Source: Syntrophorhabdaceae bacterium
Lineage (GTDB): Bacteria > Desulfobacterota > Syntrophorhabdia > Syntrophorhabdales > Syntrophorhabdaceae
DNA: 64,000 nt
Reading direction: 5' to 3'
Assembly: GCA_963666485.2 (NCBI GenBank)
Contig: CAXXUO010000003.1
Location: 224,001-288,000, forward strand
Part shown: positions 53,144-64,000 of the stretch, piece by piece
Layout: each line of letters begins with the position of its first letter
Position numbering within the stretch: position 1 is the first letter of the stretch
Position numbers and translations under genes: made by a program
Notes under the pieces: generated by a model
Databases searched by the model: none
Seen by the model: the letters and a program-made list of their open reading frames with translations, nothing else
What the model was told of the DNA's origin: nothing

Positions 53144-54807
53144 TGGTCCCCCCCGGCCGTCCCTCCGATGTTCTCGACGGGTTTGTTAAAATAGAAAATA
53201 GAGGAGAGTATTATGGTGTGGTATATACACCAGAAGACATTTACCGCAAGGCCCGCCAGGGGCTCCCGTTCAAATATGATCCTGTTGACTCCCCACACCA
53301 CGGCACAAAAACAGGTAAGCAAAAGCAGGACCTGGGGCCACATGGCCTTGAGCGGCAGGGCGTGGCTCGAACCTTTTGGCGTGATGCCGAAGGTCCCCTT
53401 GACCCCCGCCAGGGCGAGAAGGCTTGCCTTCATGAAGACGGGAAATGTAATGAAGGTCAAGAGCTGACCGGACAGGAGGTCCTTGATCGTGTAACTGCGC
53501 TGTTTCAAGGTCCAGTAGAAGGTGGTCAGGGTGATGACAATGTACGGGACAAAGACGAGGAAATAAAACTCCGGCCGGGAGAAATACGTGGGCACATTGA
53601 AAAAAATGAAGACCGGGGGGCATATCATCATGACGAAGAATACGAAGCCGATAAAGTACCAGGTGCTCGACAGGAGATATTCCCACCATTGCAGCGGCGT
53701 CAGAGCTGTCGGCCTTGTGAGGAACGTTCCGATCACCTTGCGAAGAAGCCCGATGGTCCCCAAGGACCACCGGAACTGCTGTTTGAAATAACCTCCCAGG
53801 TCCTCCGGCCCTATCTGGAAAGTCCGGACCCGGTTGATATATGTTGTCTTCCATTTTTTGAGGTGGAACTGGAGGGACGTGGCAAAATCCTCGGTCACGG
53901 ATGATTCGTCGAAACCGCCGACGCTCATCAGGGCCTCCCTGCGGAAGAGGACATTTGTCCCGCAGCAAAAGGTCGCATCCTTGGAGGCCTTGCCCTCGCA
54001 TATATATTCGTAGAAGACTGTCTGCTGAAGGCCGGCGGCGCGTGCTATACGGTTCGAGTCGAAGTTGATGTAGTATTGCGGCGTCTGGATGAAGGCGAGT
54101 TCCCGCTTTTGTTCGATCTCGTAGACGAGCGGTTCAAGGAAATCGGGGAACGGGTTTGAATCGGCGTCGAAGACGACCATGTATTTCTCCGTTTCCGTTT
54201 TCCTTTTCGCCGAATAATTATAAAAAACGAAACCCTCCTTCACGTTCCCCGTGAGGTACTGGAGGAAATCGTTGATGATGCCGGCCTTCGCTCCATGCCA
54301 TTTCCGCCGGAAAAGGTCGACCCCGACATACTGGCACAGGTCCTCGATGGCTTTTTTATAGGCTGCCATATTTTCGGGTGTGTCCCATTCCACGTCATAC
54401 CGTGTGTCGTCGAGAAAATAGATGTACTTGTTCGGGTAGGAGAGATTGTAAAAGGTGATGAGAGAGTTCTTGACGACCTCGAGCGGTTCCTTGTATGAGG
54501 GCATGACGATCGCCACGGGGGGAAATGACGACAACTCCACGTTGGGGATCTCTTTTCGGGAAAAGTCCCTCTTTGTCCATGCGACCGACAGTATCTCGAG
54601 AAAATAGCCGATCCCGTGGACGAGAATGAACGTTTCTGCCAGAAGAAGAACAAAGGCTATGAGTTTTTTCGTACCACGCATAATCACTGACGAGAAAAAG
54701 CCGACGCGGACCATGAGATAAATAGCCGCCACTGCCATAGCCGCGACGGGAATTGCCATGACAAAGGCGATCTTGGAGGAAGACGGGGGCGATGTTTTTT
54801 CTGCCAT
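53140..54807 (-). CDS. Processive GT2 synthase, cellulose-synthase-like, without PilZ
   Basis: LDD, HGAKAG, FDAD, QTPQ, FCCGT, TED, QQFRW; TMs at both ends. Confidence 0.93.
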   Translation of the reverse strand: MAEKTSPPSSSKIAFVMAIPVAAMAVAAIYLMVRVGFFSSVIMRGTKKLIAFVLLLAETFILVHGIGYFLEILSVAWTKRDFSRKEIPNVELSSFPPVAIVMPSYKEPLEVVKNSLITFYNLSYPNKYIYFLDDTRYDVEWDTPENMAAYKKAIEDLCQYVGVDLFRRKWHGAKAGIINDFLQYLTGNVKEGFVFYNYSAKRKTETEKYMVVFDADSNPFPDFLEPLVYEIEQKRELAFIQTPQYYINFDSNRIARAAGLQQTVFYEYICEGKASKDATFCCGTNVLFRREALMSVGGFDESSVTEDFATSLQFHLKKWKTTYINRVRTFQIGPEDLGGYFKQQFRWSLGTIGLLRKVIGTFLTRPTALTPLQWWEYLLSSTWYFIGFVFFVMMICPPVFIFFNVPTYFSRPEFYFLVFVPYIVITLTTFYWTLKQRSYTIKDLLSGQLLTFITFPVFMKASLLALAGVKGTFGITPKGSSHALPLKAMWPQVLLLLTCFCAVVWGVNRIIFEREPLAGLAVNVFWCIYHTIILSSIFYFNKPVENIGGTAGGDQ

Positions 54808-54808
54808 G

Positions 54809-57483
54809 TCAGAACCTGTATCGTAAAACGGCCCACAGGCCCTGTCCGACCCATTGGGGCGAGGTCCTGGTACAGGCCTTTTATGCCGGCGAGCCAGTGT
54901 TTGGCAAACTCATAGTTCCATTCCCCTTCGAAACGGGCGTACGGGTTGTTCTCGGAATCGGTCCCGAAAGAGAACTTGAGATCGTAATAATGCTGGTCAG
55001 AACCGCAGATGAACGATTTCGACAGGTCATGGAGCCATTCAAAGGTGATACCTCCGGCTGTATAATCCTGAGGTGTCCAATAGGGGATGGATGATATTCG
55101 TGACATTTCCCGACTGATCGTAAAAATATACGTTGTTATGCTTGGTGTTCCTGTATTCACCGGAAAGTATCACCTTGAAAAGCCGGGGGTGTTCCGTGAG
55201 GCCGTATCCGACCGCCATGCCGAGATAGGTCCCGCTATTCGAGTCGTTGTAATTGATATACTCCGCCCTGGCATTCATGTTGAGCTTGCGATTGAAGTCT
55301 TTCTGGGCGCCTATCCAGAGCCGGTCGGCCTGGATGCCCTGCTCGAGGCTGAAGTAATTGTATATTTCATCCGTCCTGGCATATCCTCCGCCAACTTTGA
55401 CATGATCGTAGATATTGAACCACATGGTCGCCTGTCCTGTGTCCTTGGTGCCGAGGCCTGCTCGAGTCGTAGCGTTTATGGGTCCATGGCCACGTCCCCG
55501 CTCAGGTAAGGATTCACTACCCCTGAAAACCCGACCGTGAACCCGTCCGCCCCGTATGTGCGGTGGTTGTAGTCGGGCTGTTCGAGGTACCGCTGGGCCC
55601 TGAAGAAACCGTGGTATTGGCATGCAAAAGGTACATCGACGGACAGGTCGAAGCGATTGCGCGTGATGCGGGAAAGGTCCCCCCCTTCCTTCCTCGTTCC
55701 AGTATGAATAATCGAAGCGGACGGAAGGGTTGTTCCTTATCTTCTGGAACTCGAGACCTTCCATAGCCAGGGAATGGAGGGGTCGATGTCGAGCAGGCGC
55801 CGATAGATCCCTCCTTCAAGGCGGCACAGTCCCAGCGAACAGGCGACCTGCGCCTCGTCGAAGAGGGCCTCTTCATTTCCCGGGTTCTCCTCGATGAGCT
55901 TTTCGTAGACGGGCAGGGAACTGGCGAAATGTTTTTTCGTAGGCAAGTTTCTTGGCCTGTTTTTCGAGCGAAATGGACCTGGCGATCCGCTGGCTGGCGC
56001 CGTATTCCCTGTCTTCACCCGCCCTGAGGCCGGGCGTCTTTCGGACCAGCATGGAAAGTGCCGCATCGTACGTTTCCATGGAAAAGGGCAGGGTCCTTGG
56101 CCCACATGGCAGTCCGTGCCATTTCGCGGTACGGCACAGGGGTCTGCCGGGTTGAGTGCCCGCACTTCCCGGTAAATTGCTATGGATTCATTGTAGTGCC
56201 TCGACCAACGCGAGGACCCGGGCAAGACCGATAAGTATCTTCGAGTCCTGCGGAAAGTCCCTGTTCAATTCTTTATAGAGCGCAATCGATTCGTCGTATC
56301 GTCTGTCCGAACCGAGGGTCTCGGCGAGCGCCTGCCTGGCCGGGAAATAGGCGGGGTCCCGCTTAAGGGCCGCTTTGAAGCAGTCGATCGCCTCACTGAA
56401 GAACCCCTCAGATGCGTAGAGGCCTCCCCACTGTGTCAGCGCGGGGGCGGATGCAGACCTGTCGCCCAGGATCGTGGTAACGAGGCCTTTCGTCCGGGCC
56501 GTGTCAGGGAAAGTGACATAGAATGCCGCGGGTATATTGCCGGGGTTGGCCGACAGTACAGATTCGAACGATTGCCGGGCCTCGGTGTACTTTTTTTCTT
56601 TCAGGTATGTGCGCCCGGTCTCGACGCGGGGCTCCGGCCCCGTTCCTGCCACACCGGACATGGCCGTGAGGACTGACCGTGCCTCATCGAACCTCCGCAG
56701 GTACACCAGGGAATTGGCAAGCGTGCGCATAGCATCGACATTGTCCGGTTTCGCGGTAAGGGCCTGCCGCGCATATTTCTCGCTTTCCTCGAACTGCTTT
56801 TCAAAATATTTTGTCTCGGCGAGTCCCGCGAGGGCCTGTGCTTTTGCGCGTTCGGGACCTTTCATGATGAGCGACTGGTAGACATCTTCCGACTCCTCAT
56901 ATCGCTGCGAGTTTGCGAGCGTCCTGGCGAGGCCCAGCGTGGCATTGATAAACTGATATTCCTCGAGTGTGCCTGTGAGATATTCACGGTAGATCGCCTC
57001 AGCCTTGTAGAAATCGCCCCACATGTTCATCTTGTCGGCAAAGCGCAGCTTGAGCTCCGTTTTTTCGGGGGAGAGCGCGAGCGCCTTCAGATAAAGGTCC
57101 CTGCAGACCTGTACGTGCCCCAGGCTGCATTGGACGTCGGCATATGCGGCCGCCGCGTTGCTGTTGCCCGGTTCCCTGCGGTAAACGTCCTCGAGTATCT
57201 TGAGGGACTCATCCGTGCTGCCCGTCCACATGAGGACTTGCGCGAACTCTATCTCGACCTCGGGATTGCCCGGGTACAGTGCGCGCATCTTGCGGTATTC
57301 ATCGAGGGATTCCTGCCGGGTCGCCACGTTCCACGAAAGGATCCGCGCCAGCAAAAGACGGGCCTCATAATCCGACACCCTGCTCTCCGGGGAGACGATC
57401 GTCTGCTCTTCCCGGGCAGGGCATGGCCCTGCGAAGAGAATCGCAAAGAAGACGATGCAGAGAATGAGGGCCGGCCGTTTCAT
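54809..57483 (-). pseudogene. TPR + outer-membrane beta-barrel export protein (BcsC/PgaA-like), multiply frameshifted as given
   Basis: Signal peptide and TPRs (56188-57483). The reading continues across frames into aromatic beta-strands and ends LRYRF-stop at 54809. Confidence 0.8.
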
Positions 57484-58125
57484 CTACTTGAGCGTTCTCC
57501 TGAGTTCTCTGGCGGCATCGTCGAATCTGTTGGACCACATAAGGACGAGCCCGTATTTTCGCCTCACCTGGATATCGTTGGGCAGCGCGGAAAGTATCTT
57601 CCGGTATTCGGCAAGTGACTCATCATAATGTTTTTCCCAGCTCAGCATCTCGGCAAACCTCAGCCGGGCGGCCTGGTCGTCGGGATGCTTGCGCAGGTGG
57701 TCGCGATACAGGGGCTCCGCTTTTGTGTATGACTTCCGGATCCTGTACAGGTCGGCCATGAGAAGCAGCGATTCGTCGGTTTGCTGTGCGGCGGGTATGG
57801 CCTCGAGCACCTCGAGAGATTCCGGAACATGTTTGCTCCAGAAAAGGAATTGGGCCATTTCGAACCGTGCCTTGCTAAGGTTGGGTTTTTCCTTGAGGAG
57901 CTTTTTATACTCGGCGATCGATTCGTCGTACCGTTTTGTGTACCCGAGTATCCGTGCCAGTTCCCACCGCGCCATCCAGTCCGGCACCTCTTCGCCCGAA
58001 CCCGGTGCAATGAGCGAAGAAGCGGCGCCGGCGGTCTTTTCCCGGGCGAAACAGGGCTGACCCCCGCAGATAATGGCGCATATAAACAAAATGGCAATCA
58101 CTGCCGCTCCTGTGATCCGTGTCAT
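57484..58125 (-). CDS. Exported TPR protein
   Basis: Signal peptide; ARWELARIL...YDESIAEY repeats. Confidence 0.9.
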   Translation of the reverse strand: MTRITGAAVIAILFICAIICGGQPCFAREKTAGAASSLIAPGSGEEVPDWMARWELARILGYTKRYDESIAEYKKLLKEKPNLSKARFEMAQFLFWSKHVPESLEVLEAIPAAQQTDESLLLMADLYRIRKSYTKAEPLYRDHLRKHPDDQAARLRFAEMLSWEKHYDESLAEYRKILSALPNDIQVRRKYGLVLMWSNRFDDAARELRRTLK

Positions 58126-58604
58126 GATTTTTCTCCCAGTATGGCCCTGTAAATGTCGATGGCTTCATCGAAGCGCCCCATGGCTGTGAGTGCCCGGGCA
58201 AGGCGCACCTTTGCGGCCCGGTTTGCGGGCATCGTTTTTACGACCTCCCCGTACATGTCCGCGGCAAGGCCAAACTCGCGATTCCTTTCATACAGCTCCC
58301 CCAGTTTGAGACGCACGTTATCATCCCCGGGGTAAAGGGAGAGCACCTGGCGGAATATCTCGATGGAACCCTTGATATTCCCTTCTTTTTCGTATGCGAG
58401 CCCCATCCGTACCAGGCTTTCGGTCTTCCGGAAATTCTTCCCCGAGAGGTCCCGGAAGATAGAGATTGCCTCGGAATAAGAACCTTGTTTGACCAGTCTC
58501 ACGGCTTCTGCGTAAAGGATCTTATCATGGTTTACCACCTGGTAGAGCCCCGTTGTGGCGGCTGCCAGGAGGACCAGGAACATAATGACGAGCGCGGTTT
58601 TCAT
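58122..58604 (-). CDS. Membrane-anchored TPR protein
   Basis: N-terminal TM followed by TPR motifs. Confidence 0.88.
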   Translation of the reverse strand: MKTALVIMFLVLLAAATTGLYQVVNHDKILYAEAVRLVKQGSYSEAISIFRDLSGKNFRKTESLVRMGLAYEKEGNIKGSIEIFRQVLSLYPGDDNVRLKLGELYERNREFGLAADMYGEVVKTMPANRAAKVRLARALTAMGRFDEAIDIYRAILGEKS

Positions 58605-58644
58605 TTCACACTATTGTCCGGCGGAACGCGTTAATTTACCGTGG

Positions 58645-58672
58645 ATTATAGCATGTCAGACGGTCGTGTCAA
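58645..58672 (-). promoter_or_regulatory. Consensus sigma70 promoter TTGACA-N16-TATAAT with extended -10 TGn
   Basis: 40 bp upstream of the first TPR gene. Confidence 0.7.
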
Positions 58673-58698
58673 TGGTGGAATCGACAGGCGTGATATCC

Positions 58699-58728
58699 TT
58701 GACTTATCAATGATTTGACAGCTATAAT
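58699..58728 (+). promoter_or_regulatory. Putative sigma70 promoter of aspS, TTGACT-N18-TATAAT
   Basis: Near-consensus hexamers upstream of the GGAGG RBS. Confidence 0.5.
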
Positions 58729-58754
58729 AATTAACTTTTTTTGGAGGCCTGATC

Positions 58755-60506
58755 GTGAGAGATACGTATTGCGGAACACTTCGGAAGGATGATGTTGACA
58801 GGACAGTGACCCTGGCGGGATGGGTCTTCAGGCGGCGTGACCATGGTGGTTTAATATTCGCCGATCTGCGCGATGTGACCGGCATCGTCCAGGTCGTCTT
58901 TTCACCCGAGATATCGAAGGATGCCCATGAGCGGGCGGGCGATATCCGCAGTGAATATGTCCTCAAGGTCACGGGGAATGTGCGCTTAAGACCTGCGGAG
59001 ACGGAGAATGTAAATATACCGACCGGCGGGATCGAGGTGTACGTATCGGACTTCGAGGTCCTCAACACGTGCAAGGTATTGCCGTTCCAGCTTGACGATG
59101 AGGACATCAACGAGGCGGTCCGCCTGAAATACCGGTATCTCGACCTCAGGCGCCCCGAGATGCAGAAGGTCTTTACCGAACGGAGCAAGGCGTACAAGGT
59201 GACGCGGGATTACCTCTCGTCCCAGGGTTTTTTTGAGTTCGAGACACCGCTCCTGACGAAGAGCACGCCCGAGGGCGCACGCGACTTCATCGTCCCGAGC
59301 AGGCTGAACACGACTATGTTCTACGCGCTCCCGCAGTCTCCCCAGTTGTTCAAGCAGCTTCTCATGATGAGCGGTTACGAGAGGTATTTCCAGATCGCAC
59401 GCTGTTTCCGCGACGAGGACCTGCGGGCGGACAGGCAGCCCGAATTTACGCAGATCGATATCGAGATGAGCTTTGTGACGCGCGAGGATGTCATCCGGGT
59501 GAACGAAGGGCTCATCATTACACTATATGAGACATTAAAGGGCAAAAAGCCCCCCGAGGTGCCGTTTCCGCGGATGACCTTTGCCGAGGCGATGGACAAG
59601 TACGGCAGCGACAAGCCGGACCTGCGCTTCGACCTCACGATCACGGATCTTACCCCGGTCTTTCTCGCGACGGAGTTCGGCGTGTTCAAGAAGACGATCG
59701 AATCGGGCGGAAAGATCAAGGCGCTTGCCCTCAAAGGTAAAACGCTGTCCCGCAAGGACCTCGATGTTGCCGTGGACACGGCGAAAGAGCTCGGTTCCGG
59801 AGGCCTTATCTGGATGCGCAGGGATGCCGAAGGGCTGCAGTCGCCCGTCGTGAAGTTCTTGAACGATGAAGAAAAATCCCGGATCATCTCCGAGCTTGGC
59901 CTCGAACCGGGCGATGTCGCTTTCATGATGGCAGACAAAGGGCTCAAGGTAAGCGACCTCATGGGCAGGTTCCGCCTTTACCTCGGCGAGAAATACGGCC
60001 TTATCGACAAGGGCCTCGACAAGTTCCTGTGGGTCATCGATTTTCCCCTTCTGGAGTACAGCGAGGAAGAAAAAAGATACGTGGCCCGGCACCATCCGTT
60101 CACATCGCCCAAGGAACCGTTGGTCGGTTTTAGCGGGGACTATGAAGCGATACTCGCCAATGCCTACGACCTTGTCTTTAATGGTGTTGAGCTGGGCGGA
60201 GGGAGCATCAGGAACCACCGCACCGGGGACCAGGCCGAGATGTTCCGGCTGCTCAACATCAAAGAGGACGAGGCGGCCGACAAATTCGGCTTTCTCCTCG
60301 AAGCCCTCGAAATGGGCGCTCCGCCCCACGGCGGCATCGCCTTCGGGTTTGACCGCATTATCATGATGTTCCTCGGTCTTTCAAGCATCCGGGACGTCAT
60401 CGCCTTCCCGAAGACGCAGAAGGGTTCATGCCTGCTCACGGGCGCTCCTTCACGCGTGGCCCAGCGGCAGTTGACGGAATTGAAGATAAGGACCATAACA
60501 GATTGA
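58755..60506 (+). CDS. aspS: Aspartyl-tRNA synthetase (non-discriminating signature)
   Basis: RRRDHGG, LPQSPQLFKQ, FRDEDLRADRQPEF, GAPPHGG. Confidence 0.98.
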   Translation: MRDTYCGTLRKDDVDRTVTLAGWVFRRRDHGGLIFADLRDVTGIVQVVFSPEISKDAHERAGDIRSEYVLKVTGNVRLRPAETENVNIPTGGIEVYVSDFEVLNTCKVLPFQLDDEDINEAVRLKYRYLDLRRPEMQKVFTERSKAYKVTRDYLSSQGFFEFETPLLTKSTPEGARDFIVPSRLNTTMFYALPQSPQLFKQLLMMSGYERYFQIARCFRDEDLRADRQPEFTQIDIEMSFVTREDVIRVNEGLIITLYETLKGKKPPEVPFPRMTFAEAMDKYGSDKPDLRFDLTITDLTPVFLATEFGVFKKTIESGGKIKALALKGKTLSRKDLDVAVDTAKELGSGGLIWMRRDAEGLQSPVVKFLNDEEKSRIISELGLEPGDVAFMMADKGLKVSDLMGRFRLYLGEKYGLIDKGLDKFLWVIDFPLLEYSEEEKRYVARHHPFTSPKEPLVGFSGDYEAILANAYDLVFNGVELGGGSIRNHRTGDQAEMFRLLNIKEDEAADKFGFLLEALEMGAPPHGGIAFGFDRIIMMFLGLSSIRDVIAFPKTQKGSCLLTGAPSRVAQRQLTELKIRTITD

Positions 60507-60525
60507 TCCGCCCCGGGGGTATACG

Positions 60526-62343
60526 ATGGGTAAAAAAGAAAAGAAAAAGGGATTTATATTCAAAAATGTAACAGAATCCTCGCAATTTCCGCTGATCGAC
60601 GTCGAAAAACCGCAGTTGTTCCGGGAGATCTTCCCCTATGACGAAGTGTGCAAGGTAAAGTTCGATCACAAGATCGAGCTTATCGACCCTCCCGATGAGA
60701 TATACATAACGGATACCACCTTCAGGGACGGCCAGCAGGCGCGGCCGCCTTTTACAGCCCAGCAGATCGAGGACCTGTTCGAGTTCCTGCACCGCTTGAG
60801 CGGTCCGAACGGCGTCATCCGGCAGACCGAGTTCTTCATGTACACGGACAAGGACAAAGAGGCGCTCGGCCGCTGCAAGGAAAAAGGTTACCGGTACCCG
60901 GAGATAACGGGCTGGATCCGGGCGAATAAGGACGACCTGCAGCTTGTCCGTGATATGGAACTCAAGGAGACCGGCATCTTGACCAGCGTTTCCGATTATC
61001 ACATATTCCTCAAATTCAATAAAACGAGGACGCAGGTCCTGAAAGACTATCTGAAGATCGTGGAAAGCACGCTCGATCACGGCATCATACCGCGCTGCCA
61101 TTTTGAGGACGTCACGCGTGCGGACATATACGGGTTTTGCGTCCCGTATGCCCAGGCACTCATGAGGCTCTCCGAAGAGGCGAAGGTACCGGTCAAGATC
61201 CGCCTGTGCGACACGCTCGGCGTCGGCATCACGTACCCGGGATCGGCGCTGCCCCGCTCTATCGGGAAGATCATCCGCGCGATGATCGACGATGCGGGCG
61301 TGCCGTCGGACTGCCTGGAATGGCACGGCCACAACGATTTCTACAAGGTCCTCATCAACAGCGTCAGCGCGTGGATGTACGGGTGCACATTCGTTAACGG
61401 CACCTTCCTCGGTCTCGGAGAGAGGACGGGAAATGTCCCGATCGAGGGCCTTATCATGGAGTATATCTCCCTGACAGGCGAGGACAACGGGATAGACACG
61501 ACCGTCATCACCGAGATGCGCAATTACTTCGAACGCGAGATCGGCCACCATGTCCCGAAGAACCAGCCCTTCGTCGGGCTCGATTTCAATGCCACGTCGG
61601 CCGGCGTTCACATCGACGGCATCCTGAAGAACGAGGAGATCTATTCGCCTTTCGATACGGCGAAGCTCCTCAACAGGCCGCTTGCCGTCAACATAACGGA
61701 CAAGTCGGGGCTCGCGGGGATCGCCCACTGGGTCAACTCGCATTTTGCCCTGACGGGCAAGGAGCGCGTCGAAAAGACGCACCCGGGCGTCGCCAAGATC
61801 AACAAGTGGATCTCCCGGCAGTACGAGGAGGGCAGGGTGACCTGTATGTCGGAAGACGAGATCGAACACCAGGTCAGGCGCTACATACCGGAAATATTCG
61901 TGTCCGAATTCGAGTTGATGAAGAAGCGGGCGCTCGATATGGCGGCACACCTCATCGAACAGTACATCGAGGACCCGGCGATAAAGAGCATGAACCCGGT
62001 ACGGCAGGAAGACCACCTGAAGACCCTTGTCCAGGATTACCCCTACATCCAGTTCGTCTACGCGGTCAACGGCGAGGGCATCAAGATCACGCGCAATATA
62101 ACGCAGGCCGTCGACAAGGCGAAGTACCAGCAGATAGGCCTCAACGAGGATTTCTCGGACAGGGATTGGTTCATAAAGCCGATGAGCGACGGGAAGATCC
62201 ACGCCACGAACCTGTATTCGTCACGAATAACGGGCGCCCTGTGCGTCACCGTCTCCGGCCCGATACGCGACCAGATGGGGGACATCGTTGGTGTGCTCGG
62301 GGTTGATATCAGGTTTGAAGACCTCACAAAGGCGGAGGCTTAA
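60526..62343 (+). CDS. Re-citrate synthase-like DRE-TIM enzyme with C-terminal Cache-like domain
   Basis: [25 protein letters not shown]; tail FSDRDWF..P...[16 protein letters not shown]...GVLGVDI. Confidence 0.8.
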   Translation: MGKKEKKKGFIFKNVTESSQFPLIDVEKPQLFREIFPYDEVCKVKFDHKIELIDPPDEIYITDTTFRDGQQARPPFTAQQIEDLFEFLHRLSGPNGVIRQTEFFMYTDKDKEALGRCKEKGYRYPEITGWIRANKDDLQLVRDMELKETGILTSVSDYHIFLKFNKTRTQVLKDYLKIVESTLDHGIIPRCHFEDVTRADIYGFCVPYAQALMRLSEEAKVPVKIRLCDTLGVGITYPGSALPRSIGKIIRAMIDDAGVPSDCLEWHGHNDFYKVLINSVSAWMYGCTFVNGTFLGLGERTGNVPIEGLIMEYISLTGEDNGIDTTVITEMRNYFEREIGHHVPKNQPFVGLDFNATSAGVHIDGILKNEEIYSPFDTAKLLNRPLAVNITDKSGLAGIAHWVNSHFALTGKERVEKTHPGVAKINKWISRQYEEGRVTCMSEDEIEHQVRRYIPEIFVSEFELMKKRALDMAAHLIEQYIEDPAIKSMNPVRQEDHLKTLVQDYPYIQFVYAVNGEGIKITRNITQAVDKAKYQQIGLNEDFSDRDWFIKPMSDGKIHATNLYSSRITGALCVTVSGPIRDQMGDIVGVLGVDIRFEDLTKAEA

Positions 62344-62351
62344 AATACACA

Positions 62352-63611
62352 ATGGGAAAGACACTCGCTGAAAAGATCCTGGGACGGAACACGGGAAGCG
62401 ATGTTGAAGCCGGGAGCTACACCATCGTGAACGTGGACAGGATACTCCTGCAGGACGGCACGGCGCCGCTTGCGATCAGGAAATTTACCGAGATGGGATT
62501 TGACCGGCTGTTTGACGGGCCGAAGGTCACCTTCTTCATAGATCACGCGTCCCCGAGCCCGAGGATGGAGCTATCGAACGACCACATGGCGATACGGGAA
62601 TTTGCGTCCCGGTACGGGGCGAATGTGAGCGATGTCGGTGAAGGCATCTGCCACCAGCTCATGTCCGAAAAGGTGCTTCTTCCCGGTGAGGTCCTCGTCG
62701 GGGCCGACTCGCATACCTGTACGGGCGGGGCACTGTGCTCATTTTCCACCGGCATGGGTTCCACCGATATCGCGACGGCCATGGGGCTGGGAAAGACCTG
62801 GATGAGGGCCCCCGAGACGTTCCTTTTTCGTCTTCAGGGCAAATTCCCGAAAGGGGTCTTCCCGAAAGACCTTATCCTTGCGATCATCGGGATGATCGGG
62901 GCCGACGGGGCGACGTACAAGGCACTGGAGTTCGCAGGTGAAGCCGTTGATGCCATGACCGTCGAGGAACGCATGACGATCGCGAACATGGCCGTAGAAG
63001 CGGGTGCAAAGTGCGGCCTTTTCCCCTCCGACAACATGACACGCTCATTTCTTGAAGCAGCGGGCCGGGGAGCATCCTTCGTCGAGATCAGCCCCGACTC
63101 GGATGCGCAGTATGAGAAGGTATTTGACATTGACCTCGGTACGCTGAAACCGATGGTCAGTCTTCCGCACACAGTCGATAACACGCGGGATATCGAAGAT
63201 AAAGCGGTCAGGGAAACGAGGGTCCACCAGGTCTTCATCGGCTCGTGCACCAACGGGAGAATAGGCGACCTCAAGGTCGCCGCCCGGATCCTGAAAGGAC
63301 ACAAGAGGCACCCCGGGGTGCGGCTTATCGTCGGTCCTGCATCGCAGGGCGTGTACCTTCAGGCGCTCAAGGAAGGCATACTCGAGACACTCATCGATGC
63401 CGGGGCGACCATCCTGCCCCCGGGCTGCGGTCCCTGCATCGGGCTGCACCAGGGCATCCTCGGTAAGGACGAGGTTTGCATCGCCACCTCGAACCGGAAT
63501 TTTCTCGGACGGATGGGGAACCCGGAGTCCGGCATTATCCTTTCATCCGCGGCGACGGCGGCGGCGAGCGCACTGACAGGCAGAGTTTCCGACCCGAGAG
63601 AGGTTCTATAA
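62352..63611 (+). CDS. Isopropylmalate isomerase/homoaconitase/aconitase large subunit (LeuC/HacA type)
   Basis: [33 protein letters not shown]. Confidence 0.93.
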   Translation: MGKTLAEKILGRNTGSDVEAGSYTIVNVDRILLQDGTAPLAIRKFTEMGFDRLFDGPKVTFFIDHASPSPRMELSNDHMAIREFASRYGANVSDVGEGICHQLMSEKVLLPGEVLVGADSHTCTGGALCSFSTGMGSTDIATAMGLGKTWMRAPETFLFRLQGKFPKGVFPKDLILAIIGMIGADGATYKALEFAGEAVDAMTVEERMTIANMAVEAGAKCGLFPSDNMTRSFLEAAGRGASFVEISPDSDAQYEKVFDIDLGTLKPMVSLPHTVDNTRDIEDKAVRETRVHQVFIGSCTNGRIGDLKVAARILKGHKRHPGVRLIVGPASQGVYLQALKEGILETLIDAGATILPPGCGPCIGLHQGILGKDEVCIATSNRNFLGRMGNPESGIILSSAATAAASALTGRVSDPREVL

Positions 63612-64000
63612 TGGTGATCAGGGGAAATGCATGGCTCTTCGGAGACGACATATCGACAGACCATATCATTCCGGGCAGGTTCTATCACCTGCGCTCACAT
63701 CTCGACCAGCTCACGAAGCACGTGTTTGACGATATTGCCCCCGGTTTCAGCGACAAGGTCAAGAAAGGCGATATTATCGTGGGAGGAAGGAATTTCGGCC
63801 TGGGGTCGAGCCGGGAACACGCACCGCTTATCATCAAAATGGCAGGGATCGATGCGATCGTCGCGAAGTCTTTTGCGCGCATATTCTACCGGAACGCCAT
63901 CAACGTCGGGCTTGCCGCGATCATCTGCCCGATCGAGGGCCTAAGCGAAGGCGACGCGCTCGAGATCGACCTCGGAGAGGGCACGCTCAAGGACATATCC
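63611..64000 (+). CDS. Small subunit (LeuD/HacB type), runs off the window
   Basis: FGDDISTDHIIPGRF, NFGLGSSREHA, SFARIFYRNAINVG; TAATG overlap with the large subunit gene. Confidence 0.92.
   Translation, partial: MVIRGNAWLFGDDISTDHIIPGRFYHLRSHLDQLTKHVFDDIAPGFSDKVKKGDIIVGGRNFGLGSSREHAPLIIKMAGIDAIVAKSFARIFYRNAINVGLAAIICPIEGLSEGDALEIDLGEGTLKDIS

Noticed and set aside
60436..62202. 588-aa antisense ORF (and similar long antisense ORFs over cheB, glgP and korA)
   Set aside because: Shadow frames of GC-rich genes with clear motifs on the opposite strand.

Overview
A ~55% GC bacterial window whose gene content suggests an anaerobic Deltaproteobacteria-type (Syntrophorhabdus-like) organism. This taxonomy is inference only. 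Positions 1-3956 are an AT-richer decayed island with KilA-C, WYL-HTH and terminase-small-subunit-like fragments, ending in a tRNA-3'-like att scar. Next comes a CusR-type two-component locus in which the kinase and two secreted proteins share a ~44-aa two-Cys module. It is followed by signalling genes (hybrid kinase, PAS-LuxR, a cheA-less MCP-like/cheY/cheR/cheB set, adenylate cyclase), glgP, ygiBC-like genes and cell-envelope genes. A complete IS110 (IS621-like) element has bridge-RNA guides that can be read directly against its own donor junction and its palindromic-repeat target. Housekeeping genes follow (rnr, korAB-type, flavin reductase-rubredoxin, purC, pdxA-surA-PPIase-mfd). A synthase-dependent exopolysaccharide operon (TPR, TPR, TPR/beta-barrel, cellulose-synthase-like GT2, GH26, Hpt) sits beside a stand-alone PilZ gene and an Rsb partner switch. 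The window ends with aspS, a Re-citrate-synthase-like/Cache fusion and leuCD-type genes. Many intergenic regions carry locus-specific inverted heptamer arrays that start right after stop codons. All calls come from reading motifs by eye; no database searches were run.
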